Part shown: piece by piece, positions 13,137-26,164 of the stretch | Position numbering within the stretch: the first letter of the stretch is position 1 | How the letters are laid out: each line of letters starts with the position of its first letter | Assembly (NCBI RefSeq): GCF_001194135.2 | Contig: NC_069000.1 | Span: 13,495,596 to 13,559,595 of the forward strand | Length of the DNA: 64,000 nt | Direction: 5' to 3' | Source: Octopus bimaculoides | Lineage: Eukaryota | Translations under genes and position numbers: made by a program | The notes under the pieces: generated by a model | Seen by the model: only the letters and a program-made list of their open reading frames with translations | Told to the model about the DNA's origin: nothing | Databases searched by the model: none

Positions 13137-13232
13137 AACGGTTGGCTTCTTTTAATTTCCGTCAACCAAATCCACTCACACGGCTACAATAGAAGGCAGT
13201 TGCCCAAGGTGTGCTGCAGTGAGATTGAATTT
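13137..13232 (-). mobile_element. SINE family B, degenerate and internally deleted
   Basis: tttccgtcaaccaaatccactcaca and ttgcccaaggtg...gcagtgagattgaa match the family B reverse complement. Confidence 0.7.
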
Positions 13233-13347
13233 GATTAAGGCTTTTGAATATAATATGTATGCAGTAAGTTTAATTTGTTTGTTTCTAAGTATTTTATTTA
13301 TTTAACATTTTGCTTAAAGTCATTCAAAAATCTTATTCTATTCTAAA

Positions 13348-13388
<41 letters not shown>

Positions 13389-13550
13389 NNNNNNNNNNCT
13401 GAATTGTCTGTTCTTGAATAGAAATATTTTTTTTTAATTCTAGCTTGGCTTATTGAAGGAAAAAGAAAGTCGAATGTGAAGAAACTAATAACGCTGTGCA
13501 AAAACTTAAAACAAACTTAAAGGAAATTAAAAGAGTAGGCAATTAATTGG

Positions 13551-13756
13551 TTTAAAATTTTGGCACAATGCCAGAAATTTGGGGGAGCGGTTAAGTCGGT
13601 TACATTGACGCGTGTTGAACTGGTTCTTACTTCATGTTCAACTGGATGAAAGGCAAAGTGGACCTCGCCGGGATTTGAACTCAGAATATGATGACGGACG
13701 AAATGCCGCTAAGCATTTTACCCGACGTGCTAACGATTCTGCAGCTCGCCGCCTTG
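13551..13756 (-). mobile_element. SINE family A, near full length
   Basis: gatgaaaggcaaagtggacctcgccgggatttgaactcagaa... gccgctaagcattt... gctaacgattctgc agctcgccgcctt. Confidence 0.9.
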
Positions 13757-16700
13757 AACGGCCAATAAATTAATTGTTATTTACTGACTACATCAAGCAT
13801 TACGATCTCATTAAGTTAAAAGCGGCTTCGCTTCGATTCATATTTGAATCCACAGAAATTAATTTACACTCTTAACGCCATTTGGTATACCAAAAATATC
13901 TCAATCTCAATTTACCTTCTCTAAAAATATATGCATTAGTTCCAAGTAAAAATAACCGATTACTAATTGACTTATCTATTATCATGACAAAGGATTGACT
14001 GAGGAACGTAAATATACATAAAATAATCATCAATTATCAAATAACTTATCTCAAAAATCTCCATGGCTCTTAATTTCTAAATGTGTTCTTACATTACTTT
14101 CAAAATAATGAATAGAAACTGGCTACGATTTACAAAGTAAACAATTTTAATCTTGATTATACAGTGTATTGATATCATGTTTTGTCTTCGTACTTTAGCG
14201 GCAGAGAGTGCAGAAAGATTCTCTCACTTCGACTAATATGTAATAAACAGTATTAAATGGAATCATCACTTCACAGAGGATGGAATCTGCTATAAAAAAG
14301 AAAAACACTCCTCTTAAGACTAAGTGACGTATTTATCTACAGGATTGGAGATGACAGTACAAAGAACGATGTAGAATACCTCATTATCTTACTATTTAAG
14401 TTGATGAAATATTGGTTTAAAAACACGTTTGTATACTCTACAGTTTATATAAACTTTAGCCACTTAAACGAGGTATATACTTTATAAATCTTTTACTGCT
14501 TGTTACATTCTTTTATTATTCTGAAATAGAGTTTGTGCTGAAATAATATGAAATCTGAACTTACAGTAAATGTCACTTATTTACTAATGTGAATTTATAG
14601 ATAGAACGAAGCACGTTTTATAATGTTTAACTTAGCTAAAATTATATGGAGGGTTTTAGATAAATTGACATCTGCATCACTGAGTCACTGATATCTAGTT
14701 GTTATAACTACTGTTTATTAAATGTTCACTGAGACTAATTAGATGTTTGGTTGCCACTGAATGCCTCGTTATCATGTACAGTGTATTATGAGCAAGTAAA
14801 TCTAGAAGAATCAATCACTCCTGATCATTGACAACGGCTGTAAATTGCAGAAGGAAAGTTAGTAATGTACTCTTACAGGAATTAAATACCTCGAAAACTT
14901 TGCACTATACTGCGGCGCCCATTTTTGTCTACGATTTTTGCAATGATGATTCCTGCTTTTAAATATTCAAGCACAATCTTAAGTTCATGTATGGAATTTA
15001 TTTTGGGGTGTAAAATATTATTTGCCGTAAATGTTTTTCTTTATATAATCCTTTTAAATATATCCCACATCCAGATGTTCAATCATTTAACATTTCTCAG
15101 TCAGTAAAAATCTTTATAATGATTATTACTATTGGTGGCTCGCAGGTAGCGATCTGGCAGAACCGTTAGGACGCTCGACAAAATGGAGAGGTCTGTTCTG
15201 TTCAAGATTAAACTTGCTTTCTTCTTAAAATTGCTGTCAGTTACAGATACAATATTTCATCACTTGCATTCAGTCCATTTGCTTCTTTGGAATCATTTGA
15301 AAGTTACAGTTTCCATTTTTTTTTCACAACCTACAAAACCAATAATAACATGTTAAATATTGATCATACTTCGTCAAAAATATCAAGAGTAGTCGCTCTA
15401 ACTACCAAAAATCAGATCCATTCCCTAATGTATATCTCCATTTTTAATCAATTTTAATTTCGAAGTTCTTCCTCGTGTCTTTCTTGACAATAATTGTCAT
15501 TGACGCTATTCATTTTTCCCAATATAAGCGCCATTTCAATTAAATAAAAATTTAACTCACCTTAATACTTGTTATCCTGCACTTATCTATATGTTCTCAT
15601 GCACACGTTACTTCTGGAAATTTTCCTAAAATCTATATCAAGTTATTTGAAACTAGTAGTTGGCTCTCTATACATGGTGCGAGTAGCCTGGATTCTAGCC
15701 TGTTGTTTATTCACTTACGAATGCAAATTATGGTAACGAATTTAAACCATTTAAAATGTAAGGTATTGAGATGCCATACGAACAAAGTTGGAATTCACTG
15801 CAAAGTTGTACATAAGTAAAAATAAAAAGTTTTTTAAAATAACCAATACGCTATGGTTTTGTCGTTTTTCAGAGAATAGCACCATAAAAACAATTTCTTT
15901 TATAATCTTGAATAAATAACGATAATTTTCATGGAAAATTATAAGTAACAAGTCTTGACATAAACGGAATTTACTTAGAAGTTATACGTCAGAATTTAAA
16001 AAAATATGTATATAAAGAATAGTCAATGAGATTAATAAAAGTTTTCTAAAAAAATTAAACGCAATAAACAGACGACATTTGAAAACTGTGAATGAGAAAA
16101 GCAGAAGATATTACATAGATTAACTATAAATTAGTTGCAATTTGGAAGAAGATATATATATGTGTTATGCGCATGAAGAAAACTGTAAATGCTGCCTTTA
16201 TAACAGGGAATTATAAATATGATATATATTAACAGATATCTTTCGCTCAACAATAAAGCAGTAACCATTATAGAAATTATGTAAAAACTTTTAATATAAA
16301 AAAGGTGAGTAATTTGAACGCAACAACTATAAAACATGGCAGCCAATAAACGCGTATGCTTCCGACAAATGAGACATAAAGCTGACAGCTTTACATAGAA
16401 AACTTCTCTGCTTCCCCTCCAAACATAACCTTCATGATGATTAACTTAGAAAAATCCCTTATGTCATTATTTGAACTAAAAAGTAAAACAAACGAACACA
16501 CATTTCAACAACGAAGCAACCTATTTCCAAAGAAAAACATACGGCAGAACAAGAGAAAAGGTGATAAAATCAAACCGTTGTGTGTGTGTCTATATATATA
16601 TATTTATACATACATACATACATACATACAATTGTTTGTATATATATATATATATATATATATNNNNNNNNNNNNNNNNNNNNNNNNNNNNNNNNNNNNN

Positions 16701-17306
16701 NNNNNNNNNNNNNNNNNNNNNNNNNNNNNNNNNNNNNNNNNNNNNNNNNNNNNNNNNNNNNNNNNNNNNNNNNNNNNNNNNNNNNNNNNNNNNNNNNNNN
16801 NNNNNNNNNNNNNNNNNNNNNNNNNNNNNNNNNNNNNNNNNNNNNNNNNNNNNNNNNNNNNNNNNNNNNNNNNNNNNNNNNNNNNNNTTGTGATACATAA
16901 ATGTCAAAATCAATATTAATTTTTTTTATTTTTTATTAGCATTCTATTTTATCAAAAACTATCACTTTACCGTATATTATTCTGAGAATAGAATAGAATA
17001 ACAATAGATTATGGTTCGTTTGAGCGATGATATAGTTTCGAACCTCAAAGTATTCCCGGCCCTTTTTAGGACTTTTTCATGAAGAACCATTGCCAATTGA
17101 GTCAATAAATTACTAAGCAGTTATCGAAAGATCCTATTTCCTATCCTACCACTTCCTGGCACAGCAATGTTTTCATGGCCCAGCTGCTTATGACTGAACT
17201 GGCCAAAACCTCTTAGATACAAATAAACGTGTTGCTTATCTGCAGATCAACTGTCGCCAAGCTAATATTCCTTTGTCAATATCTCTCTAGATATCGCTCT
17301 AGCAGC

Positions 17307-17520
17307 AAGGCTGCGAGCTGGCAGAATCGTTAGCACGCCGGGATAATGCTTCGCGGCATTTCGTCCGTCATTACGTACTGAGTCCAAATTCCGCTGAGGT
17401 CGACTTTGCTTTTCATCCTTTCGGGGTCGATAAAATGAGTATCAGTTGAACACTGGAACTGATGTAATCAAATTACCCGCTTCTTCTAAATTTCTGACCT
17501 TGCGACAAAATTTGAAACCA
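17307..17520 (+). mobile_element. SINE family A, full length with about 15-bp TSD
   Basis: Complete head, core and tail; flanks atatcgctctagcag (17291-17305) and atatctctctagcag (17521-17535). Confidence 0.92.
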
Positions 17521-17869
17521 ATATCTCTCTAGCAGTGGCCATCCTCCTCATAGATGTGAATCATATCATATTATAAAGACATGAACATAAAACGAGATCT
17601 TGAAACGTTTATCCACCATCAATTGTTCTTGTCATAGCTAAACCATTCTTATAATTCATGTTTTTAGATCATCGCTACCATTACAATCATCATTGTTATC
17701 ACTCTTCTCCTCTTAACTACCTTAAAAATTCCGATTAAAATGTGTTTTTTTTTCTTTTGCTTGTTTTTTGTATTTTCTTCTATGCTTTTCAATTATTTGG
17801 AAATTATTGAATAAAAATTTCGTTATTATCATTCCTTGTCTGTCTTTCTTTCTCATTTACATGAATACA

Positions 17870-17882
17870 TACACACACAGAG

Positions 17883-17963
<81 letters not shown>

Positions 17964-18826
17964 CAGATACATATGTGCGTACATACATCGATACATATAT
18001 ATATACATGCTCGTATACATATATAGATATCTTTATGTATGCATGCATGTATGTNNNNNNNNNNNNNNNNNNNNNNNNNNNNNNNNNNNNNNNNNNNNNN
18101 NNNNNNNNNNNNNNNNNNNNNNNNNNNNNNNNNNNNNNNNNNNNNNNNNNNNNNNNNNNNNNNNNNNNNNNNNNNNNNNNNNNNNNNNNNNNNNNNNNNN
18201 NNNNNNNNNNNNNNNNNNNNNNNNNNNNNNNNNNNNNNNNNNNNNNNNNNNNNNNNNNNNNNNNNNNNNNNNNNNNNNNNNNNNNNNNNNNNNNNNNNNN
18301 NNNNNNNNNNNNNNNNNNNNNNNNNNNNNNNNNNNNNNNNNNNNNNNNNNNNNNNNNNNNNNNNNNNNNNNNNNNNNNNNNNNNNNNNNNNNNNNNNNNN
18401 NNNNNNNNNNNNNNNNNNNNNNNNNNNNNNNNNNNNNNNNNNNNNNNNNNNNNNNNNNNNNNNNNNNNNNNNNNNNNNNNNNNNNNNNNNNNNNNNNNNN
18501 NNNNNNNNNNNNNNNNNNNNNNNNNNNNNNNNNNNNNNNNNNNNNNNNNNNNNNNNNNNNNNNNNNNNNNNNNNNNNNNNNNNNNNNNNNNNNNNNNNNN
18601 NNNNNNNNNNNNNNNNNNNNNNNNNNNNNNNNNNNNNNNNNNNNNNNNNNNNNNNNNNNNNNNNNNNNNNNNNNNNNNNNNNNNNNNNNNNNNNNNNNNN
18701 NNNNNNNNNNNNNNNNNNNNNNNNNNNNNNNNNNNNNNNNNNNNNNNNNNNNNNNNNNNNNNNNNNNNNNNNNNNNNNNNNNNNNNNNNNNNNNNNNNNN
18801 NNNNNNNNNNNNNNNNNNNNNNNNNN

Positions 18827-18858
<32 letters not shown>

Positions 18859-19085
18859 GTGTGTGTGTATACATCATCTATCTTTGATAGATAGATGGAT
18901 GTACATACGCATGTATTTATGTGTGCACGTATGTATGTATGTTTGAGTGAGTTTGTGTGCATGTGTGTGTGTGTGTTTGTTGTGTGTGTGTGTGTGTGTG
19001 TGTGTGTTCGGTGTGTGTGTGTGCGCGTGCGTCTGTCTATCTGTCTGTGTCTGTGTGTCTGTGTGTCTGTGTATTTGTGTGTCTG
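17870..19085 (+). repeat. (GATA)n, (TA)n, (TG)n compound microsatellite around a 773-N gap
   Basis: Directly visible. Confidence 0.95.
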
Positions 19086-19609
19086 TAGGTATAAATGTGA
19101 ACGTAGACAATAGTATATATAATCAAGTTGTTTTCTACACAGATAAATTGATTCAATTCTCTGAAATTTATTTTCTTCTTTGAAATCATTCTATTCTCTA
19201 AAGTCTAATTAAGCATATAAACCTATCCCCTATTACCACTATTACCCCTGTTCCTATGCACCACTTAACCTCATTGTCACCACATCGAATTTACTAAGTT
19301 TTACATCCAATTTTCTTTGTTAAATCCTTGTAATTCCTTTCTGCAAGAAATCTATGTTGCAAAACTTTTCCATCTTAGTTTTGCATTTATAAAGTTTCTG
19401 TTTTCCTTTTTATCCTTATTTTTTTTATAAAATTAATTTTCGTTGTCCATGCTTATCGTCTGGTAGGATAAGAAAGCAGATTCAATAAGTAAGAAGTGAT
19501 TTTATTAGTCTGCTTGCTTTTATGACAGGAAACGTGAAATGCTTGAAAGATATTAAACTGGTTATGTAAAGAATTACAATATGAATGTAACGTATTTCAC
19601 TTAATATAG

Positions 19610-19624
19610 AAAACATCCCGCAGG
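19610..19624 (+). CDS. Candidate 15-nt microexon (phase 1-1), NIPQ
   Basis: Acceptor gtatttcacttaatatAG and strong donor CAGG|GTAAGC (19625). The longer 96-nt alternative from 19529 has stops in all three frames. Confidence 0.2.
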
Positions 19625-19813
19625 GTAAGCTTTTTATACTAAGAATGTGAGAAAATATAACATTCGATAAAGTTTTTGTAAATTACATCTTCTAAGAAAT
19701 ACTTCCTTTTCTCTCTCTCCCTATCCTCCTCCCTCTCTCCCCCCTCTCTCCCTCCCCCTCTCTCTCTATTGCTCTCTATCTGTATATATAATATAATCTT
19801 TTGACTTCTACGT

Positions 19814-20127
19814 GTTTGTATGTATGTATGCATGCATGCCTGTTTGTGCGTACGTATGTATGCATGTATGTATTTTTTGTGTACGTATACATCTATGTAC
19901 ACATGTATGCATACATGTATGTATGCATACATGTATGTATGCATACATGTATGCATACATGCATGTATGTATTTGTACATGCATGTATATATGCATGAGT
20001 ATGTTTGTATGTATGTATGCATGCATATATATATATATTTACGTCTATGTACATGTATGTATGTATTACGTACGTATGTATGTATGTATGTATGTATGTA
20101 TGTATGTATGTATGTATGTATGTATGT
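19814..20127 (+). repeat. Mixed (TATG)/(CATG)/(TACA) alternating purine-pyrimidine tract
   Basis: Directly visible. Confidence 0.95.
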
Positions 20128-20305
20128 GGAGGCGCAATGGCCCAGTGGTTAGGGCAGCGGACTCGCGGTCGTAGGATCGCAGTTTCGATTCCTAGAGCGG
20201 GCGTTGTGAGTATTTATTGAGCAAAAACACCTAAAGTTCCACAAGGCTCCTGCAGGAAATTGTGGCGAACCCTGATGTACTCTTTCACTACAACTTTCTC
20301 TCACT
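20128..20305 (+). mobile_element. SINE family C (tRNA-derived head), 3'-truncated
   Basis: Pol III A box TGGCCCAGTGG (20138-20148), B-box-like GTTTCGATTCC (20182-20192); body matches the minus-strand copy at 57666-58218. Confidence 0.9.
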
Positions 20306-20329
20306 GTTCCTTGTGAGGTGGCAAATAAC

Positions 20330-20455
20330 GGTTTTTGATTTAAGCAAACGGCCAGAAAATTTGAGGAGAGGGAGTTACTTGACTCCGATACTTGACTGGT
20401 ACATTATTATTTCGACCCCGTGTGGGGATGAAAGGCAGATTGCCGGAAAAAATAC
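20330..20455 (-). mobile_element. SINE family A, degenerate 3' half
   Basis: gactggtacattattatttcgacccc... gatgaaaggcaga. Confidence 0.7.
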
Positions 20456-20707
20456 GCAAAAGACAAGTCTGAGAAGTAGGTTTGCTAGAAACTCAACACA
20501 ACAAAAGTAATTCTTTTTTAATGGACGGCCGGATAGAATGTATGCTCAGTCACAATCTAACTGTCTAGCCATAAATCTATCAATCTATTTTTCCATCTAT
20601 TAATCAATCAATCTAGATAGAGAGACTGAGAGACTGAGAGAGTGAGAGAGTGAGAGAGACAAACAGAGAAACAGACAGAGACAGAGACCAAAGAAAGACA
20701 AAGAATG

Positions 20708-20748
<41 letters not shown>

Positions 20749-20749
20749 T

Positions 20750-20787
<38 letters not shown>

Positions 20788-21289
20788 TATTAGATTATAC
20801 ACTTCTATATATGACAAATATATGTAGTTCTGAACTGATTTCCCTGATTTAATCTTGGCTTTTAAACCATAATTACAGTAACTGGCATTAATTAAGTTTC
20901 TCTAAACAGATTTAACAAGCACCGAGTTTAAGATAAAGTCCCCTATCCTTTTTCATTTTACAGTCTTATCTCGAGTCTTTATAAAGGTTTCAACTTCAGC
21001 TTTGATTATTTTTTTTATTAGACACGACATTATAATCACAGAAAGACACCAATAAGCCATTATCCTATTTCTTCGTTGAATATGAGTCTTTTTTTTTTTT
21101 ACAATCTTTTATAAACCATATCAATATATTCATAAATGGGTAAGTGACATGTTTTTGTGGTGAGCCCTCGTTAAACCTTATTTCTCGTTCATTCCTATTT
21201 TCAATTTTATGATGTTGGAAAAAGAAGCACACACAAGAAACTAGTTTGAGACGTCTTTGCCATAACGTAGCTCGCATTCGCCCACCCTC

Positions 21290-21331
21290 ACTATCTCTCT
21301 ATTTCAATCTCTCTCTCTCTCTATCTCAATC

Positions 21332-21378
<47 letters not shown>

Positions 21379-21667
21379 TTGTCTCATTCCTTCTCGTACT
21401 TTCCCTTTCTATCAATTCATCTGTCTGTCTGTCTCTGTCTCACTCCTTCTCTCCACTCTCTTTCTCCCTCCCCATTATTTTTCACCTCCCTACTCTCTCT
21501 CCCCTCCCATCTCTCCTCACCTTTCTCTTTTTCTCTTTCTCTCTCTTTCTCATCTCTATCGCTATCTATTTGTCTGCCTCTATTTTCTTCCCTCCCTCCT
21601 TCTCTCTATCTCTCTCTTTCCCTCTCCCACATCTCTGTTTATCTCTATCTCTGTCCATCTCTATTGT

Positions 21668-21704
<37 letters not shown>

Positions 21705-21860
21705 TCTCCCACATCTCACTGTCTATATCTATCTCTATCTGTTTCTATCGCTCTCCCCTCTCTTTCTCTCTCTCCCCCCTCTCTCTCTCCCTCTCTCTCT
21801 CCCTCTCTCTCTCTTTCTCTCTCTTTATACCACTCTCCCTCTTTCTCTCTTTCTCTCATA
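21290..21860 (+). repeat. (CT)n-derived polypyrimidine tract
   Basis: Directly visible; explains the Ser/Leu ORF at 21246-21932. Confidence 0.95.
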
Positions 21861-22524
21861 TCACTAGAGTCTTTAAATATTCTTTCTACCTGTATGATAT
21901 ATGTTCCTGTCATTCAGAAGCGTTTCTCTTAAAAGCGATATCTCTTATACGAATCTATCCGTTTATCCTAAACACAGTTTTTCGATCATACATAATGACG
22001 TTATCTGAACTTTATTACATATCCCTATGAAGCCCAAACCAAAGAGAAAGAGAAAAGTATTGATCATATTTCTTCAAACATTCTTCAATATTTTCTTTTT
22101 TTATCATTAGTTTGTAAGAATATTGACACTTTCCTATCAATCTAAAAATACAATTCTCTAAATATACTGAAAAAAGACGCCATAGCGCAACACCTGGACG
22201 ATTATCTCTCGCAGAACTCTAATATATTTATATCTCTTCACACTTCTTGAAGCACCTTTAATTCATGGCGAAACATGGAATTAATTTTCTGTTGTTTTCT
22301 TTCTTCTCACACTTCTTTCTTTAACGTTTCCTTTACCTGTCTACTGCAAGACTTTATATCGGTTCTCAACATCGCTATAGTATCATTTATGTCGATTATT
22401 TTCGCTCAGTAGATCCCTCCGTCTATCTATCTATCTATCAATCTATCTATTTACCTGTCTGTCCGTTTGCCTGTCTATCTACCAATCTATTTATCTATAT
22501 TGTATATATATATATGTATGTATG

Positions 22525-22575
<51 letters not shown>

Positions 22576-23586
22576 NNNNNNNNNNNNNNNNNNNNNNNNN
22601 NNNNNNNNNNNNNNNNNNNNNNNNNNNNNNNNNNNNNNNNNNNNNNNNNNNNNNNNNNNNNNNNNNNNNNNNNNNNNNNNNNNNNNNNNNNNNNNNNNNN
22701 NNNNNNNNNNNNNNNNNNNNNNNNNNNNNNNNNNNNNNNNNNNNNNNNNNNNNNNNNNNNNNNNNNNNNNNNNNNNNNNNNNNNNNNNNNNNNNNNNNNN
22801 NNNNNNNNNNNNNNNNNNNNNNNNNNNNNNNNNNNNNNNNNNNNNNNNNNNNNNNNNNNNNNNNNNNNNNNNNNNNNNNNNNNNNNNNNNNNNNNNNNNN
22901 NNNNNNNNNNNNNNNNNNNNNNNNNNNNNNNNNNNNNNNNNNNNNNNNNNNNNNNNNNNNNNNNNNNNNNNNNNNNNNNNNNNNNNNNNNNNNNNNNNNN
23001 NNNNNNNNNNNNNNNNNNNNNNNNNNNNNNNNNNNNNNNNNNNNTATATATTTATATGCATACACGTATATGTACATATATGTACATATGTACATATATA
23101 TCTACACATTTATATATACATTTATATATATACGCACATTTATATATTTATATATACATTTGTACATATATACAGATTTATGTGTGTATGCATGTATGTA
23201 GGTATATATGTATGTATGCATATACGTTTGTATAAATCTAATTATGTATATACTTATATTTATCCATACATCTGTCTGTCTATCTGTCGACAAACTCATT
23301 TATCTAGCTCACTCAATTCTTTTTATGTGACACTCTCTTCTTTTTCGTTATTGCTCCTCCTACAACTATCTGTCTCCCATTTTTCACTGCCGCTCTGTAC
23401 CCGGAAAATGGTGGGTGCTATTATAAATACGGGGAAATTATATAATAATAATATGGTAGTAACCAAATCAACGTGTGTGGTATTGAGTTACCTTGATTCA
23501 GCAGCTCAATACCACATACTTTGACTTAGATACAATATAATTCTTACATCAATCTCTCCCAGTTTTCAACATCCACCATTTTCGAA

Positions 23587-23597
23587 GCCGCCATTTG
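23587..23597 (-). promoter_or_regulatory. YY1-like motif CAAATGGCGGC, also a possible ATG of a minus-strand first exon
   Basis: Plus strand GCCGCCATTTG. The minus strand reads ATG GCG GCT TCG ... TTG AT|GTAAGA (exon 23594-23548). Confidence 0.3.
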
Positions 23598-23653
23598 CTT
23601 CTTTTTTTTTTCTCCTTTTTCTTTTAACATTTTCATTTCACATAAAATCACAG

Positions 23654-24195
23654 ACAACTCTCGAACTAAATCCACCACCAGAACTGCTATTACTTCCGTC
23701 ATCACCGCTCTAAACACACTCGTTTTCACAAATACAAGCACATATAAAGATCCGCTGGTGAAACTCATCACTACAACCGCATCTAACACTCACGCGACTT
23801 CAACTTTCGACGCTTCTCCACTAACAAATCCCACACTGGTACTAACAACATCGGAACCACCATCACCACCATCACATGCAGCAATTAAATCACCATCAAG
23901 GGCATCGCCGCTAACTTTATCTATTGCCATTACAGTTTCTAAAGCGCTCACATCCACCAACAACGCCAACAGCAGTACATCCACCAATGCGTCAACATCC
24001 GTTACTTCCACACCTCCATCACGTCCGTCACCACCACCACTACTACTACCGCTACCAACAAGAAAACAAAGCAGAAGTAACAACAGCAACAACAACAACA
24101 ACAGCAACAACAACAACAACAACAACAACAGCAACAGGCAATACGACTGTATTGATCAAATTTTCATTGATTTCTTTTTTCAAGCGAATATATAA
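23654..24195 (+). CDS. Candidate Thr/Ser/Pro-rich (mucin-like or disordered) exon
   Basis: Frame open from 23530 to TAA at 24193-24195 (over 220 codons). Pyrimidine tract (23596-23640) then cacAG gives a phase-1 start (DNSRTKSTTRTAITSV...). Possible weak phase-1 donor at 24077. A/C-rich sequence lacks stops by chance, so this is not decisive. Confidence 0.35.
24078..24135 (+). repeat. (AAC)n/(AGC) trinucleotide repeat
   Basis: Directly visible. Confidence 0.95.
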
Positions 24196-24680
24196 AGATT
24201 TGACAGGCAAATTCTAACGTTTCCGTTTATCTTGGCCCTATCTTACCTTCAATTAGGGAATCTTAAAAGAAAAACCACCTGCCTCTCACTTACTCCTTAT
24301 AATAATGTGTAAGAGATTTTACCTACCATAACATCACGTTCCAAAACGCATTGACACATTCACGCGTTTAACATACNNNNNNNNNNNNNNNNNNNNNNNN
24401 NNNNNNNNNNNNNNNNNNNNNNNNNNNNNNNNNNNNNNNNNNNNNNNNNNNNNNNNNNNNNNNNNNNNNNNNNNNNNNNNNNNNNNNNNNNNNNNNNNNN
24501 NNNNNNNNNNNNNNNNNNNNNNNNNNNNNNNNNNNNNNNNNNNNNNNNNNNNNNNNNNNNNNNNNNNNNNNNNNNNNNNNNNNNNNNNNNNNNNNNNNNN
24601 NNNNNNNNNNNNNNNATATATATATATATATATACATATACATACATAGATACATACATACATACATACATATATACATA

Positions 24681-24871
24681 TGACGAGATTCCTTACACTT
24701 TCCGTTTACCAAATTCACTCACAGGGTTCATTTGTTCCGGGTTCATTCATTGGTCAGCCCAGAGATATAGTGAAACACACTTTCCGATGACACCGCGCAA
24801 TAGAACTGAACCCGAGAGCGGCGTCATTTGCAAAACGAACTTCATACCCTTACATGTAGACATGTCTGCAC
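24681..24871 (-). mobile_element. SINE family B, old degenerate copy
   Basis: tttccgtttaccaaattcactcaca... cgcaatagaactgaacccg, adjoining a (TA)/(TACA) tail. Confidence 0.65.
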
Positions 24872-25618
24872 CTTTGGTCTCTTTAAAACTCTACTCATAA
24901 AATCAGAGGGAAAAAAGAAACAAATCGTAATCTATAGCTCCAACCAGTAAATGGAACGGTGAAAATGTGTAAAATATTTTTTAATTCTCTTTGGTATTCT
25001 TTCAATCATTTGTTAAAATGATTGAATCAGTCTTACCTTTATTTCTAAACTTCAACAGTTTTTCGTTGATTTACTCTTCTCGTGATAATCGCTGTTAACT
25101 TTGACTCGATTTCTATAACCAGTAAGTTCAAGTTTGCTTACGTTACTAATATCTTTCAGGATATTATCGTCAAAACTTGCTTGTTCCACCTCCATATTCG
25201 TGAATCATATGCACGCACGCGTGTGTGTGTCTGTGTGTGTGCTTATATGAATGTTTATGTGCATGTGTGTGAACGTGTACGCATGTAAGAAACAGTACTT
25301 TAAGGATTTTGTGGGCTCTTTTTTTTTTTTTGTCGTATTTGAATTGTTGTAAACGTTGAAAGTACTTTTGGTTGTGGGGAGTTTGCACGATACTTTAACA
25401 TATTACATAGATCACAGCTTTTTTCTCAGGATAAGAGAGATGTTGTGGGAATGGCTTATGTTATTGTATATAATATAACGGTAAATGTATATGTATGCAT
25501 GTATGTATGTATGCATGTATGTATGTATGCATAGGTAGACAGATAGATACATACATACACATATACACACATACATGCATATATAAGGAAATATATACAT
25601 ATATATATACATATATAT

Positions 25619-25668
<50 letters not shown>

Positions 25669-26108
25669 NNNNNNNNNNNNNNNNNNNNNNNNNNNNNNNN
25701 NNNNNNNNNNNNNNNNNNNNNNNNNNNNNNNNNNNNNNNNNNNNNNNNNNNNNNNNNNNNNNNNNNNNNNNNNNNNNNNNNNNNNNNNNNNNNNNNNNNN
25801 NNNNNNNNNNNNNNNNNNNNNNNNNNNNNNNNNNNNNNNNNNNNNNNNNNNNNNNNNNNNNNNNNNNNNNNNNNNNNNNNNNNNNNNNNNNNNNNNNNNN
25901 NNNNNNNNNNNNNNNNNNNNNNNNNNNNNNNNNNNNNNNNNNNNNNNNNNNNNNNNNNNNNNNNNNNNNNNNNNNNNNNNNNNNNNNNNNNNNNNNNNNN
26001 NNNNNNNNNNNNNNNNNNNNNNNNNNNNNNNNNNNNNNNNNNNNNNNNNNNNNNNNNNNNNNNNNNNNNNNNNNNNNNNNNNNNNNNNNNNNNNNNNNNN
26101 NNNNNNNN

Positions 26109-26164
<56 letters not shown>

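Noticed and set aside
15719-15797. Minus-strand exon with good acceptor and GTAAGT donor
   Set aside because: Stops in all three frames; it could be noncoding, but there is no other support.
20128-20200. tRNA gene
   Set aside because: The tRNA-like head continues into a SINE body repeated at 57666-58218, so it is a SINE, not a tRNA gene.
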